Shown here one piece after another: positions 42,041 to 51,096 of a stretch of 64,000 nucleotides of DNA (position 1 is its first letter; each line of letters begins with the position of its first letter). Source of the DNA: Phenylobacterium sp. (lineage in GTDB: Bacteria; Pseudomonadota; Alphaproteobacteria; Caulobacterales; Caulobacteraceae). Where the stretch lies: the NCBI RefSeq assembly GCF_013822795.1, contig NZ_PNLB01000005.1:77432-141431 (forward strand), read 5' to 3'. The notes beneath the pieces are model-generated. The model searched no databases, was not told the DNA's origin, and saw only the letters and a program-made list of their open reading frames with translations. The translations under genes and the position numbers were made by a program.

Positions 42041-42363
42041 TGTCAAGCGACGACGAAAACGACCTGATTTTCAAGGCCTTGGCCTCGGCGACCCGGCGTC
42101 GGATGCTGGACGAGATCAAGGACGCGCCGCTGACCACCGGCGACCTCTGCCAGCGGTTCCCCGAGCTCGACCGCTGTACGGTGATGCAGCATCTGAAGGT
42201 GCTGGAGGGCGCCGACCTGGTGATCGCCCGCCGCGAGGGGCGCGAGCGCTGGAACCACCTGAACTCGATGCCAATCAAGCAGATCCACGACCGTTGGATC
42301 GGTCCCTATGCCGAGCGGGCGGTCAGCCTGCTGGACCGCCTGAAGACCGACCTCGAGACCTGA
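42040..42363 (+). CDS. ArsR/SmtB-family regulator
   Basis: FKALASATRR, VMQHLKVLEGADLV, REGRERWN. Confidence 0.92.
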   Translation: MSSDDENDLIFKALASATRRRMLDEIKDAPLTTGDLCQRFPELDRCTVMQHLKVLEGADLVIARREGRERWNHLNSMPIKQIHDRWIGPYAERAVSLLDRLKTDLET

Positions 42364-42446
42364 GCGCCATACCGGGGGCTCGAAGACTTGCGCCCGCCGT
42401 CCATCGCCTGTTTGCTGAGCGGCAAAGCAGAACAGGGAAACGCCGC

Positions 42447-43010
42447 ATGCGCCTCACCAAGCCCCGGATCGCGCCGGTCCAGGACGCCGACCTTAACGAC
42501 GAGCAGAAGGAGATCCTGGCGCCGATGGGCGACCGGGTGCTGAACATCTTCCGCACCATGGTCGGGGCGCCGAAGGCGGCCAAGGGCTTCCTGGCCTGGG
42601 GCAACTATGTGCTGTCGAAGAAGAACGACCTGCCGGCGCGCGAGCGGGAGATCGTGATCCTGCGCATCGGCTATCTCTGCAAGTCCGGCTACGAGTGGAC
42701 GCAGCACGTGCCGATCGGGGTGCGGGCGGGACTGACCGAGGACGAGGTGGCGCGCATCAAGGGCGGGGCGGGCGCCGGCGGCTGGAGCGCCGCCGACCAG
42801 GCGCTGCTGGCGGCCAGCGACGAGCTGCACCACGACCAGTTCATCACCGACGCGACCTGGAGCGCGCTGAAGGCGCACTTCAGCGACAAGCAGTGCATGG
42901 ACGTGGTGTTCACCGCCGGCCAGTACACCCAGGTCTCGATGATCCTGAACTCGTTCGGCGTGCAGCTGGACGCCGGCCAGACCCTCGATCCCGATCTGAA
43001 GGGCTTCTAG
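42447..43010 (+). CDS. Carboxymuconolactone decarboxylase/AhpD-like protein
   Basis: LPAREREIVILR, YEWTQH, ITDATW. Confidence 0.9.
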   Translation: MRLTKPRIAPVQDADLNDEQKEILAPMGDRVLNIFRTMVGAPKAAKGFLAWGNYVLSKKNDLPAREREIVILRIGYLCKSGYEWTQHVPIGVRAGLTEDEVARIKGGAGAGGWSAADQALLAASDELHHDQFITDATWSALKAHFSDKQCMDVVFTAGQYTQVSMILNSFGVQLDAGQTLDPDLKGF

Positions 43011-43012
43011 GC

Positions 43013-43810
43013 GTGCGGCTGCAGGGCAAGACCGCGATCGTCGTCGGCGCGGGCCAGACGCCGGGCGAGACCGTCGGCAACGGCCGGGCCATCGCCCTGC
43101 TGTTCGCCCGCGAGGGCGCGCAGGTGCTGTGCGTCGACCGGCTGATCGAGCGGGCGCAGGAGACCGTGGCGCTGATCGAGGCCGAGGGCGGCCAGGCGAG
43201 CGCGCTGGCGGCCAACATCACCAAGGCGGCCGACTGCGAGGCGATGGTGGCGGCGGCGCGCGAGCGGTTCGGGACCATCGACATCGTGGTCAACAACGTC
43301 GGCATCGGCGGGGGCGGCGACGGGCCGGCCCACAAGCTGACCGAGGAGGCCTTCGACCGCATCCTGGCGGTCAACCTGAAGGGCGCCTGGCAGGTTGCGA
43401 AGGCGGCGCTGCCGACCCTGCGCGAGCAGGGCAAGGGCTCGATCGTCAATATCTCGTCGCTGGCCTCGATCGCCGGCGGGAACCAGGCCGCCTACGAAAT
43501 CTCCAAGGCGGCGCTGAACCGGCTGACCACCAGCGTGGCCCAGGCCAATGCGGCCAAGGGCGTGCGCTGCAACGCCATCGCGATGGGGCTGCTGGACACG
43601 CCGATGGCGGTGGCCGGGATCGCCCAGGCCAGCGGCCAGGAGCAGCAGGCCGTGCGCGAGGCCCGCAACGCCCGCGTGCCGCTGGGCGGTCAGATGGGCA
43701 CGGCCTGGGACACCGCCTATGCGGCGCTGTTCCTGGCCAGCGACGAGGCGCGGTTCATCACCGGGACGGTGCTGTTCGTCGACGGCGGGATGTCGAGCCG
43801 GGTGGGGTGA
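43013..43810 (+). CDS. SDR family oxidoreductase
   Basis: NNVGI, NISS, YEISK (YxxxK), GVRCNAI, FITG..LFVDGG. Confidence 0.95.
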   Translation: MRLQGKTAIVVGAGQTPGETVGNGRAIALLFAREGAQVLCVDRLIERAQETVALIEAEGGQASALAANITKAADCEAMVAAARERFGTIDIVVNNVGIGGGGDGPAHKLTEEAFDRILAVNLKGAWQVAKAALPTLREQGKGSIVNISSLASIAGGNQAAYEISKAALNRLTTSVAQANAAKGVRCNAIAMGLLDTPMAVAGIAQASGQEQQAVREARNARVPLGGQMGTAWDTAYAALFLASDEARFITGTVLFVDGGMSSRVG

Positions 43811-43822
43811 CGTCCGCTGACG

Positions 43823-43940
43823 GCTCCCTCGCCCCCTTGGGGGAGAGGGTTGGGGTGAGGGGGTGCGGGGTTGGCCGCAATGCGCCGCTTCGCGCCGCTG
43901 CCCCCTCACCTAACCTCTCCCCTCGAGCGGGGAGAGGGAC
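43823..43940. repeat. Palindromic intergenic repeat, family B (no GANTC cassette)
   Basis: CTCCCTCGCCCC..GGGGAGAGGGTTGGGGTGAGGGG ... CCCCTCACCTAACCTCTCCCC..GGGGAGAGGG. Confidence 0.9.
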
Positions 43941-43969
43941 AGTTATGTGCAGGCGCTACGCGCCGACCC

Positions 43970-44419
43970 CTACAGCCCGATGCCGCGGGCCATCATCGCG
44001 GCGAAGACCGGGATCAGGGCGAAGACGGCGAGTTCGGCGACGAGGTAGGGGCGCACGGCCTTCACCTCGTCGTGGCCGAGGGCGAAGCCGGGCTCGGCGC
44101 GGGCGCGCTTGCGCCATAGCAGGATGCGGATGGTCGGCGGGGCCGAGAGCAGGCCGACCAGCGCGAAGGCCCCGATCTTGGCCCAGAACGTCCAATTGCC
44201 GAGATAGGCCTCGGGGCCCTTCACGCCCATGTAGACGCGGGCGAAGCCGACGATGAGGATCAGGGCCGCGATCAGCCCGTAGTGCATGTCGACGATGCCC
44301 AGCCGGCGTAAGGCCGCGCCGGTCAGGCCGGGGCGCACGGTGGCCAGTTCGATCGCCAGGATGGCGGCGAGGCTGAAGACCAGCAGGTGGTGGGCGATGG
44401 CGAGGAGAAGGTCGGTCAC
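43970..44419 (-). CDS. DUF2214 family membrane protein
   Basis: DMHYG, KGPEAY..NWTFWAK, S.PPTIRIL.W, AAMMARGIG. Confidence 0.9.
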   Translation of the reverse strand: MTDLLLAIAHHLLVFSLAAILAIELATVRPGLTGAALRRLGIVDMHYGLIAALILIVGFARVYMGVKGPEAYLGNWTFWAKIGAFALVGLLSAPPTIRILLWRKRARAEPGFALGHDEVKAVRPYLVAELAVFALIPVFAAMMARGIGL

Positions 44420-44490
44420 GGCGCGCTCCGATCGGTTGCGCCGTGACTGTGGAGCCTTTCGCTTACAATGTAAATGCTAACTCTTCGGGC

Positions 44491-45318
44491 CTAGGACTTG
44501 GGACCGGTCCGGTAGTCGTCGAACTTGCCGTCGCGTTCGGTCAGGGCGCTGGTGACGCCCTCGCGCAGCTTGGCCATGTACTCGCGCGAGGCCTTGGTGC
44601 TCCAGCCCAGCGCGTGCAGGTCGGTGCCGGCGCGGATGCCCTGGCGCATGCCCATCACCTCCATCTGGCGATGGACCAGGCGCTTGTTGAGCTGGGCCAG
44701 TTCCGGATCGACCTTGGCGATGCGCTCGGCCATGGCCAGGACGGCCGGTTCGAGGTCGTCGAGCGGGTAGGCGCGGTTGGCGAAGCCGAGGCGGACGGCC
44801 TCGTTCCCGTCGATGGAGTCGCCGGTCAGCATCTGCTCCATGGCCGCGCGCATGCCCATCAGCCAGACGTGATAGTGGTTGTCGGGCGGGCTCATGGTGC
44901 GCACCGCCGGGTAGCCGATCTGGGCGTCCTCGGCGACGTAGACCAGGTCGCAGGCGACCGCGAGCTCGGAGCCGCCGGCCAGGCACCAGCCGTGCACTTG
45001 GGCGATCACCGGCTTGGCCAGGTCCCAGACCCGGAAGCAGCCGTCGACCACGTGGCGCGCCCACTGCCCCTGGCCGCCGGCCGTGTGCCAGGGCAGTTCG
45101 CCGACCCCGGCCAGGTCGTAGCCGGATGAAAAGCAGGTCCCGGCCCCGCGGATGATCATCACGCGGACGTTCGGGTCGGCGTCGCCGGCTTCGAGCGCCG
45201 CGAAGATCTCGCCGCGCAGGGCGTTGGAGAGGGCGTTGCGCTTGGCGGGGCGGTTGAGGGTGATGCGGCGCACGTGCGGCGCCGGATCGTCGGTCAGCAG
45301 GATCGGCGCGTCTGCCAT
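44491..45318 (-). CDS. Enoyl-CoA hydratase/isomerase family protein
   Basis: TLNRPAKRNAL, FSSGYDL, AQVHGWCLAGGSEL. Confidence 0.93.
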   Translation of the reverse strand: MADAPILLTDDPAPHVRRITLNRPAKRNALSNALRGEIFAALEAGDADPNVRVMIIRGAGTCFSSGYDLAGVGELPWHTAGGQGQWARHVVDGCFRVWDLAKPVIAQVHGWCLAGGSELAVACDLVYVAEDAQIGYPAVRTMSPPDNHYHVWLMGMRAAMEQMLTGDSIDGNEAVRLGFANRAYPLDDLEPAVLAMAERIAKVDPELAQLNKRLVHRQMEVMGMRQGIRAGTDLHALGWSTKASREYMAKLREGVTSALTERDGKFDDYRTGPKS

Positions 45319-45384
45319 GGGGTCCTCCTCCGGGATTTTGGAGAAGGGTCGGCGCTTGACGCCGCGACAGTCAAAGGTGGGCGG

Positions 45385-46218
45385 CTAGGCCAGGCGCAGG
45401 ACCACGGCGCCGGCGGCGATCAGCAGGGCGGCGAGGAGGCGGCCGGGCGTCAGGCGCTCGCGCAGCACGAAGACGGCGATGGCCGTGGCGAACAGGATCG
45501 AGGTCTCGCGCAGGGCGGCGATCACCGCCACCGGCGCGTGGGTCATGGCCCAGAGCGCCAGACCGTAGGAGGTCAGGGTGCCGAGCCCGCCGACCACGCC
45601 GAGCGGCAGGTGGGCGCGGGCATAGGGCAGGAAGGTGCGCCAGCGGGCGGCGAGCACCCAGATCAGCAGCGGCGCGCCCGAGAGCAGGTTGAGCCAGAGC
45701 GTGTAGGCGGCCGGGGCGCCGGAGGCGCGCACCCCGGCCCCGTCGACCAGGGTGTAGCTGGCGATGACCACGGCGTTGAGCAGCGCGGCGCGGACGCCCT
45801 TGCCGCTGGTCCCGCGCGCGCCGAGCGCCAGGCTGAGCACGCCGCCGCAGATCAGGGCGACGCCGCCGGTCGCGGCCAGGGACAGATGTTCGCCCAGCCA
45901 GAAGCGGCTGACCAGGGCGACGATCAGCGGCGCGGTTCCGCGCATCAGCGGATAGGCCTGGCTCATGTCGGCGCCGCGATAGGCGCGGGCGACCAGCAGG
46001 TAGTAGCCGACCTGCAGCACGGCCGAGGCGGCCAGGAACGGCCAGCTCTCGCGGGCCGGCTGGGCCAGGAACGGCAGGGCCAGCGCCGAGATCACCGCCG
46101 CCGAGGCGGCGACCAGGATGGTGGTCAGCAGCTTGTCGGGCGCCAGCTTGACGATGGCGTTCCAGCTGGCGTGCAGCAGGGCCGCGAAGATGACGATGCC
46201 GAAGACGCTGAGGGGCAT
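45385..46218 (-). CDS. EamA/DMT family transporter
   Basis: ALLHASWN, YPLMRG, YTLVDG, ALRETSI. Confidence 0.92.
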   Translation of the reverse strand: MPLSVFGIVIFAALLHASWNAIVKLAPDKLLTTILVAASAAVISALALPFLAQPARESWPFLAASAVLQVGYYLLVARAYRGADMSQAYPLMRGTAPLIVALVSRFWLGEHLSLAATGGVALICGGVLSLALGARGTSGKGVRAALLNAVVIASYTLVDGAGVRASGAPAAYTLWLNLLSGAPLLIWVLAARWRTFLPYARAHLPLGVVGGLGTLTSYGLALWAMTHAPVAVIAALRETSILFATAIAVFVLRERLTPGRLLAALLIAAGAVVLRLA

Positions 46219-46235
46219 GGGGGCGACCTTAACCA

Positions 46236-46327
46236 ACCCGCTCACCCCGGCGATAGCCGGGGCCCACACGGACGCGGTGCAAGTTGCGGCTCAGCTTGGG
46301 TCCCGGCTTTCGCCGGGATGAGCGGGT
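46236..46327. repeat. Palindromic repeat, family C (REP/MITE-like)
   Basis: Terminal inverted repeats ACCCGCTCACCCCGG / CCGGGATGAGCGGGT (14/15 match) with inner hairpins. Confidence 0.75.
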
Positions 46328-46336
46328 AGAGAGAGC

Positions 46337-47179
46337 TTAGTCCGTGAACACCACGGTCTTGGCGCCGTTGAGCAGCACGCGGTCTTCCAGCCGCCAGCGG
46401 ACAGCGCGGGCCAGCACCCGGCGTTCGATGTCGCGGCCCTTGCGGATCAGGGCGGCGGGGGTGTCGCGGTGGCTGATGCGCTCGACGTCCTGCTCGATGA
46501 TCGGGCCTTCGTCGAGGTCGGCGGTGACGTAGTGGGCGGTGGCCCCGATCACCTTCACGCCGCGCTCGTGGGCCTGGTGGTAGGGGCGCGCGCCCTTGAA
46601 GCCGGGCAGGAACGAGTGGTGGATGTTGATGCAGCGCTCTTCGAGCTTGGCGGCGAGGCCGTCGGACAGAACCTGCATGTAGCGGGCAAGGACGACCAGT
46701 TCGGTCTCGGTGTCCTGGATCAGCTTCCAGATCGCCGCTTCCTGTTCGAGCTTGGTCGAGCGCTTCACCGGCAGATGGTGGAACGGCACGTCCGAGAGGT
46801 CGAGGTTGGCGTAGGTCTCGATCGGATGGTTGGAGACCACGGCGGCGATCTCCATCGGCAGTTCGCCGCGGCGCCAGCGATAGAGCAGGTCGGCCAGGCA
46901 GTGGTCCTGCTGGCTGGCCAGGATCATAACCTTGCGCTTGATCTTCGGGTCGCGGAGCGACCAGCGCATGGAGAAGCCCTTGGCGAGATCCTCGAACTCG
47001 CCGCGCATGGCCTCGACGTCGGAGCCCTTGGCGTCGAAGACGACGCGCATGAAGAACTTGCCGGTCTCCTGGTCGTCGTACTGCTGGGCGTCGAGGATGT
47101 TGGCGCCGCGCTCGAACAGGAAGGCCGAAACGCGCGCGACGATGCCCGGCTGGTCGGGGCAGGAGAGGGTCAGGATCAT
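46337..47179 (-). CDS. purU: Formyltetrahydrofolate deformylase
   Basis: [42 protein letters not shown]. Confidence 0.98.
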   Translation of the reverse strand: MILTLSCPDQPGIVARVSAFLFERGANILDAQQYDDQETGKFFMRVVFDAKGSDVEAMRGEFEDLAKGFSMRWSLRDPKIKRKVMILASQQDHCLADLLYRWRRGELPMEIAAVVSNHPIETYANLDLSDVPFHHLPVKRSTKLEQEAAIWKLIQDTETELVVLARYMQVLSDGLAAKLEERCINIHHSFLPGFKGARPYHQAHERGVKVIGATAHYVTADLDEGPIIEQDVERISHRDTPAALIRKGRDIERRVLARAVRWRLEDRVLLNGAKTVVFTD

Positions 47180-47269
47180 GGCGCCTGTCTAGGCCGCGAT
47201 CATGATCAATACGTCAAGGCTGGAGGCATCGCGCTTGGAGCCGCCGGGCGGGGCGCTTACGCTGCGCGC

Positions 47270-48451
47270 ATGCCGACTTCCGAAGCCCTGACCGCCCGCG
47301 CGCTGGACATCCTCGAGACGCTCGTGGCCTTCGACACCACCTCGCGCCTGTCCAACCTCGCCCTCATCGAGTGGGTGGAGACCTATCTCGACGGCCATGG
47401 CGTCGCGCACCGCCGGGTTCCCAACCATGACGGCAGCAAGTCGAACCTGATCGCCAGCATCGGCCCGGCGGTCGAAGGCGGCGTGGTGCTGTCGGGCCAT
47501 ACCGACGTGGTGCCGGTGGACGGCCAGGCCTGGACCAGCGACCCGTTCGTGCTGACCCCGAAAGACGACGGCCGGATCTATGGGCGCGGGACCTGCGACA
47601 TGAAGGGGTTCCTGGCGCTGGCGCTGGCGGCGGTGCCGGGCGTGGCGGCCGCGGACCCGAAGAAGCCGGTGCACCTGGCGTTCTCGTATGACGAGGAGAT
47701 CGGCTGCCTGGGCGCGCCGGACATGATCGCGGTGATCGCACGCGAACTGCCGCGCCCGGCGCTGGTGGTGGTCGGCGAGCCGACGATGATGGAGGCGGTG
47801 CGCGGCCATAAGGGCATCTTGACCTTCACCGTCACGGTGACCGGCAAGGAGGCCCATTCCAGCCAGACCCAGCTGGGCGTGTCGGCGATCATGGAAGCCA
47901 TCCCGCTGCTGGCCTCGCTGAAGGCGCTGGCCCGGAGGCTGGAGGACGAGGCTGATCCGGCCTCGCCGTTCCTGCCCAAGCACGCGACCCTGACCGTCGG
48001 GCTGCTGCATGGCGGCACGGCGGGCAACATCCTGGCGCGCGAGTGCGCGTTCCAGTTCGACCTGCGCTGCCCGCCCGGCCAGGACCCGCTGGCGCTGCTG
48101 GCCCCGTTCCGGGCCGAGGTGGCGGCGCTGGACGCGCGGCTGAAGGGCCTGTTCCCGCAGGCCGGGGCGACGATCGTGCAGCGCTCGGGCACGCCGCCGC
48201 TGTCGCCGGAAGAGGACGGCGTCGCCGAACTGTTCGCCCGGCGGCTGGCCGGCGACAACGGCCCGGCCCGGGTCGTGCCCTATGCGGCCGAGGCCGGCCA
48301 GTTCCAGGAGGCCGGATTCTCGACCGTCATCTGCGGCCCGGGCTCCATCGACCAGGCGCACCAGGCCGACGAGTATGTCGACCGCGTCCAGATGGAGCGC
48401 GGCGGGGCGTTCATGGCGCGGTTGATCGACTGGGCCGCAGCGGGCGAATGA
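47270..48451 (+). CDS. argE: Acetylornithine deacetylase (M20 family)
   Basis: LSGHTDVVP, GRGTCDMKG, YDEEIGC, GEPT, QAHQADE. Confidence 0.93.
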   Translation: MPTSEALTARALDILETLVAFDTTSRLSNLALIEWVETYLDGHGVAHRRVPNHDGSKSNLIASIGPAVEGGVVLSGHTDVVPVDGQAWTSDPFVLTPKDDGRIYGRGTCDMKGFLALALAAVPGVAAADPKKPVHLAFSYDEEIGCLGAPDMIAVIARELPRPALVVVGEPTMMEAVRGHKGILTFTVTVTGKEAHSSQTQLGVSAIMEAIPLLASLKALARRLEDEADPASPFLPKHATLTVGLLHGGTAGNILARECAFQFDLRCPPGQDPLALLAPFRAEVAALDARLKGLFPQAGATIVQRSGTPPLSPEEDGVAELFARRLAGDNGPARVVPYAAEAGQFQEAGFSTVICGPGSIDQAHQADEYVDRVQMERGGAFMARLIDWAAAGE

Positions 48452-49499
48452 CCGCTCGCCGCGCGAACAGGTCGCGCGGGTTCCAGGTCATGGCCCGGGC
48501 GATCTGCGCGGTCGAGGCGCGGCGCCGCTTCTGGACCTGACGGCGGCTCTTCAGGATCGTCGGCAGCCCCTTGAGGGATTCGGTGAACGCCCGCCAGACG
48601 ATGTGGGCGTGCGGGTGGTTCTCGCGCCGGCTGGAGATGTAGGCGACGGCCGCCAGGTGAAGCGGCACCACCACCGGCAGCAGCGGCCAGGGCGTGTCCT
48701 TGTAGACCACGTAGAAGCGGTTGCGGGTGCCGTGGAAGACGGCGAACTCCGACTTGCGCCCGCCGCTGGAGGCCGAGCCCACGTGATGGATGGTGGCGCT
48801 CGGCACCAGCACGGTCGGCTCGCCGGCCAGCTGCAGCCGGTAGCCGAGGTCGACGTCCTCGGAATAGCAGAAGAAGAACTCGTCGAAGCCGCCGAGATCC
48901 AGGAACAGCTGGCGGTCGATCATCATCGCCGCGCCGCAGGGCGAGAAGACCTCGCCCTCTGGGGTGTCGCCGGGATCGGGGGCGAGGTAGCCGCCGCGAT
49001 AGGGGATGCCGTAGCCGGACATCACGTCGCCCAGGCCGTCGAGATGGGTCGGGTCCTCGGCCATCACCTGGCGCGAGGTGAAAGAGCGCACCTGCGGATG
49101 GCGCTGCGCGGCGTCGACCAGCTTCTCCAGCCAGTCGGGCTCGGCGTAGGCGTCGGGGTTGAGCAGCACGTACCAGCGACCGCGCCCGAGCCGCGCGGCT
49201 TGGTTGCCGGCGCCGGCGAAGCCGAGGTTCTCGCTATTCTCGATCAGCCGCACGAACGGGAACTCGCGGGCGATCGCCGCGTCGCCGGGGTCAGGCGAGG
49301 CGTTGTCGATCACCAGGGTCTCGAAGTCCCGATAGGTCTGGTCGGCCAGGTGCTGCAGGCAGGCGCGCAAGGTGGGGCCGGAGTTGTAGGCGATGACGCA
49401 GACGGTGATCTGTACGGCGGTTTCGGCTGAGCTCTCGACGGGGGATTCGGCGGGGCTTTGCGGCGCTGGCGACTTGTGTTCCTGCGCGTGGTCGTTCAT
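48411..49499 (-). CDS. Glycosyltransferase family 2 (rhamnosyltransferase-like)
   Basis: VIDNAS, NLGFAGAGN, LLNPDA, GGFDE.FF.YSEDVDL. Confidence 0.93.
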   Translation of the reverse strand: MNDHAQEHKSPAPQSPAESPVESSAETAVQITVCVIAYNSGPTLRACLQHLADQTYRDFETLVIDNASPDPGDAAIAREFPFVRLIENSENLGFAGAGNQAARLGRGRWYVLLNPDAYAEPDWLEKLVDAAQRHPQVRSFTSRQVMAEDPTHLDGLGDVMSGYGIPYRGGYLAPDPGDTPEGEVFSPCGAAMMIDRQLFLDLGGFDEFFFCYSEDVDLGYRLQLAGEPTVLVPSATIHHVGSASSGGRKSEFAVFHGTRNRFYVVYKDTPWPLLPVVVPLHLAAVAYISSRRENHPHAHIVWRAFTESLKGLPTILKSRRQVQKRRRASTAQIARAMTWNPRDLFARRAVIRPLRPSRSTAP

Positions 49500-49529
49500 G
49501 CGGGGGCGGTTCCAAACTTGCAGGCAGTC

Positions 49530-50084
49530 ATGACGTCGATCACGCCGCTATCCATTCCTGAGGTCCTGCTTATCACGCCCAAGCGCCATGGCGATGCGCG
49601 CGGCTGGTTCGCCGAGACCTGGAGCCGTCGTTCGCTGGCGGCCGCCGGCGCCGACCACGACTTCGTGCAGGACAACCAGGCCTTCAACGCCAAGGCCGGC
49701 ACGGTCCGCGGCCTGCACTTCCAGAACGCGCCGCATCCGCAGGCCAAGCTGGTGCGGGTGCTGCGCGGCGAGATCTTCGACGTGGCCGTCGACATCCGCC
49801 CCGGCTCGGCCACCTTCGGCCAGTGGGTCGGGGCCAAGCTGACGGCCGAAGGCGGCGAGCAGCTGCTGGTGCCGCGCGGCTTCGCGCATGGCTACCAGAC
49901 CCTGACCGACGGCTGCGAGCTGGCCTACAAGGTCGACGGCGACTATGCGCCGCAGACCGAGGGCTCGCTGCTGTGGAACGACCCGGAGGTGGGCATCGCG
50001 TGGCCGTGGCGGGGCGAGGTGATCTTGTCCGACAAGGACCTCGTGGCGCCGACCCTGAAGGACATGCCGCCCGCGGCGTTCTGA
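49530..50084 (+). CDS. rfbC: dTDP-4-dehydrorhamnose 3,5-epimerase
   Basis: DARGWFAE, VQDN, RGLHFQ, VPRGFAHG, YKVD. Confidence 0.97.
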   Translation: MTSITPLSIPEVLLITPKRHGDARGWFAETWSRRSLAAAGADHDFVQDNQAFNAKAGTVRGLHFQNAPHPQAKLVRVLRGEIFDVAVDIRPGSATFGQWVGAKLTAEGGEQLLVPRGFAHGYQTLTDGCELAYKVDGDYAPQTEGSLLWNDPEVGIAWPWRGEVILSDKDLVAPTLKDMPPAAF

Positions 50085-50089
50085 ACTGA

Positions 50090-50920
50090 GTGACGGATAT
50101 GAGTGAGCTGGTCCGCATCCTCGACATCGAGGCCATCGACCTGGACATGTTCCGCGGCCACAACGCCGAGGGCGAGAAGCGCCGCATCTACGGCGGCCAG
50201 GTGGTCGCCCAGGCGCTGGCCGCCGCCTATCGCACCGTCGACGGGCGCGTGTGCCACTCGATGCACGCCTATTTCATCCGTGGCGGCGACCCGAAGATCC
50301 CGATCCTCTTGAAGGTCGAGCGGGTGCGCGACGGCGGCACCTTCACCATGCGGCGGGTCACGGCCCTGCAGCACGGCCAGCAGATCTTCAACTTGTCGGC
50401 CTCGTTCCAGGTCCCCGAGACCGGGCTCGAGCACCAGATCGAGATGCCGTCGCTGCCCGGCCCCGACGGCCTGCTGGATGAGGATGAACTGCGCAAGGCT
50501 GGCGGCGAGACCGAAACGCGCCGGACCTGGCCGGTCGAGGTGCGGCCGATCGATCCGCCGCCCTACGGCACCGCCCCGGTCATGGACCCCGAACAGGCGA
50601 TCTGGTTCCGGGCCCGCGATCCGCTGGGCGCCGATCCGATGATCCACCAGTGCGCCCTGGCCTACGCCACCGACATGACGCTGCTGGACACCTCGCTGCG
50701 CCCGCACGGCATTCCGTGGAGCGAGGGGCGGCTGCAGGTCGCCAGCCTCGACCACGCGCTGTGGTTCCACCACGCCAGCGACTTCACGCAGTGGCACCTC
50801 TATGTGCAGGACAGCCCCTCGGCGTCCGGCGGGCGCGGCTTCAACCGCGGTTCGATCTTCAATCAGGACGGCAAGCTGGTGGCCTCGGCCGCGCAGGAAG
50901 CGCTGATCCGGTATCGGTGA
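50090..50920 (+). CDS. tesB: Acyl-CoA thioesterase II
   Basis: YGGQVVAQAL, HSMHAYF, ASLDHALWFH, QEALIR. Confidence 0.95.
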   Translation: MTDMSELVRILDIEAIDLDMFRGHNAEGEKRRIYGGQVVAQALAAAYRTVDGRVCHSMHAYFIRGGDPKIPILLKVERVRDGGTFTMRRVTALQHGQQIFNLSASFQVPETGLEHQIEMPSLPGPDGLLDEDELRKAGGETETRRTWPVEVRPIDPPPYGTAPVMDPEQAIWFRARDPLGADPMIHQCALAYATDMTLLDTSLRPHGIPWSEGRLQVASLDHALWFHHASDFTQWHLYVQDSPSASGGRGFNRGSIFNQDGKLVASAAQEALIRYR

Positions 50921-50928
50921 GGCTCAAA

Positions 50929-51095
50929 GTGTCATCCCGGTTTGCGCAGCAAGACCGGGACCTATGAACACCTGATCAAACAGGAGGTGGTGCGGCCGCG
51001 CCCCTAGTTCGCACCTTGGCGCGAATGGGTCCCGGACAACCCCTGCGGGCTTTCCGGGATGACACTTGAGCTTGCTCCCCCAGCGGGGGAGCATC
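50929..51095. repeat. Family C element (50929-51065) plus a family A half-arm (51072-51095)
   Basis: 12-bp perfect terminal IR GTGTCATCCCGG / CCGGGATGACAC, then GCTCCCCC AGC GGGGGAGC. Confidence 0.8.
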
Positions 51096-51096
51096 T

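Noticed and set aside
23495-48451. Convergent 3' overlaps (paaI/GST 23 nt, NUDIX/GNAT 38 nt, argE/GT2 41 nt) as antisense or toxin-antitoxin systems
   Set aside because: Short tail overlaps are common in stop-poor GC-rich genomes, and no antitoxin partner lies next to the GNAT
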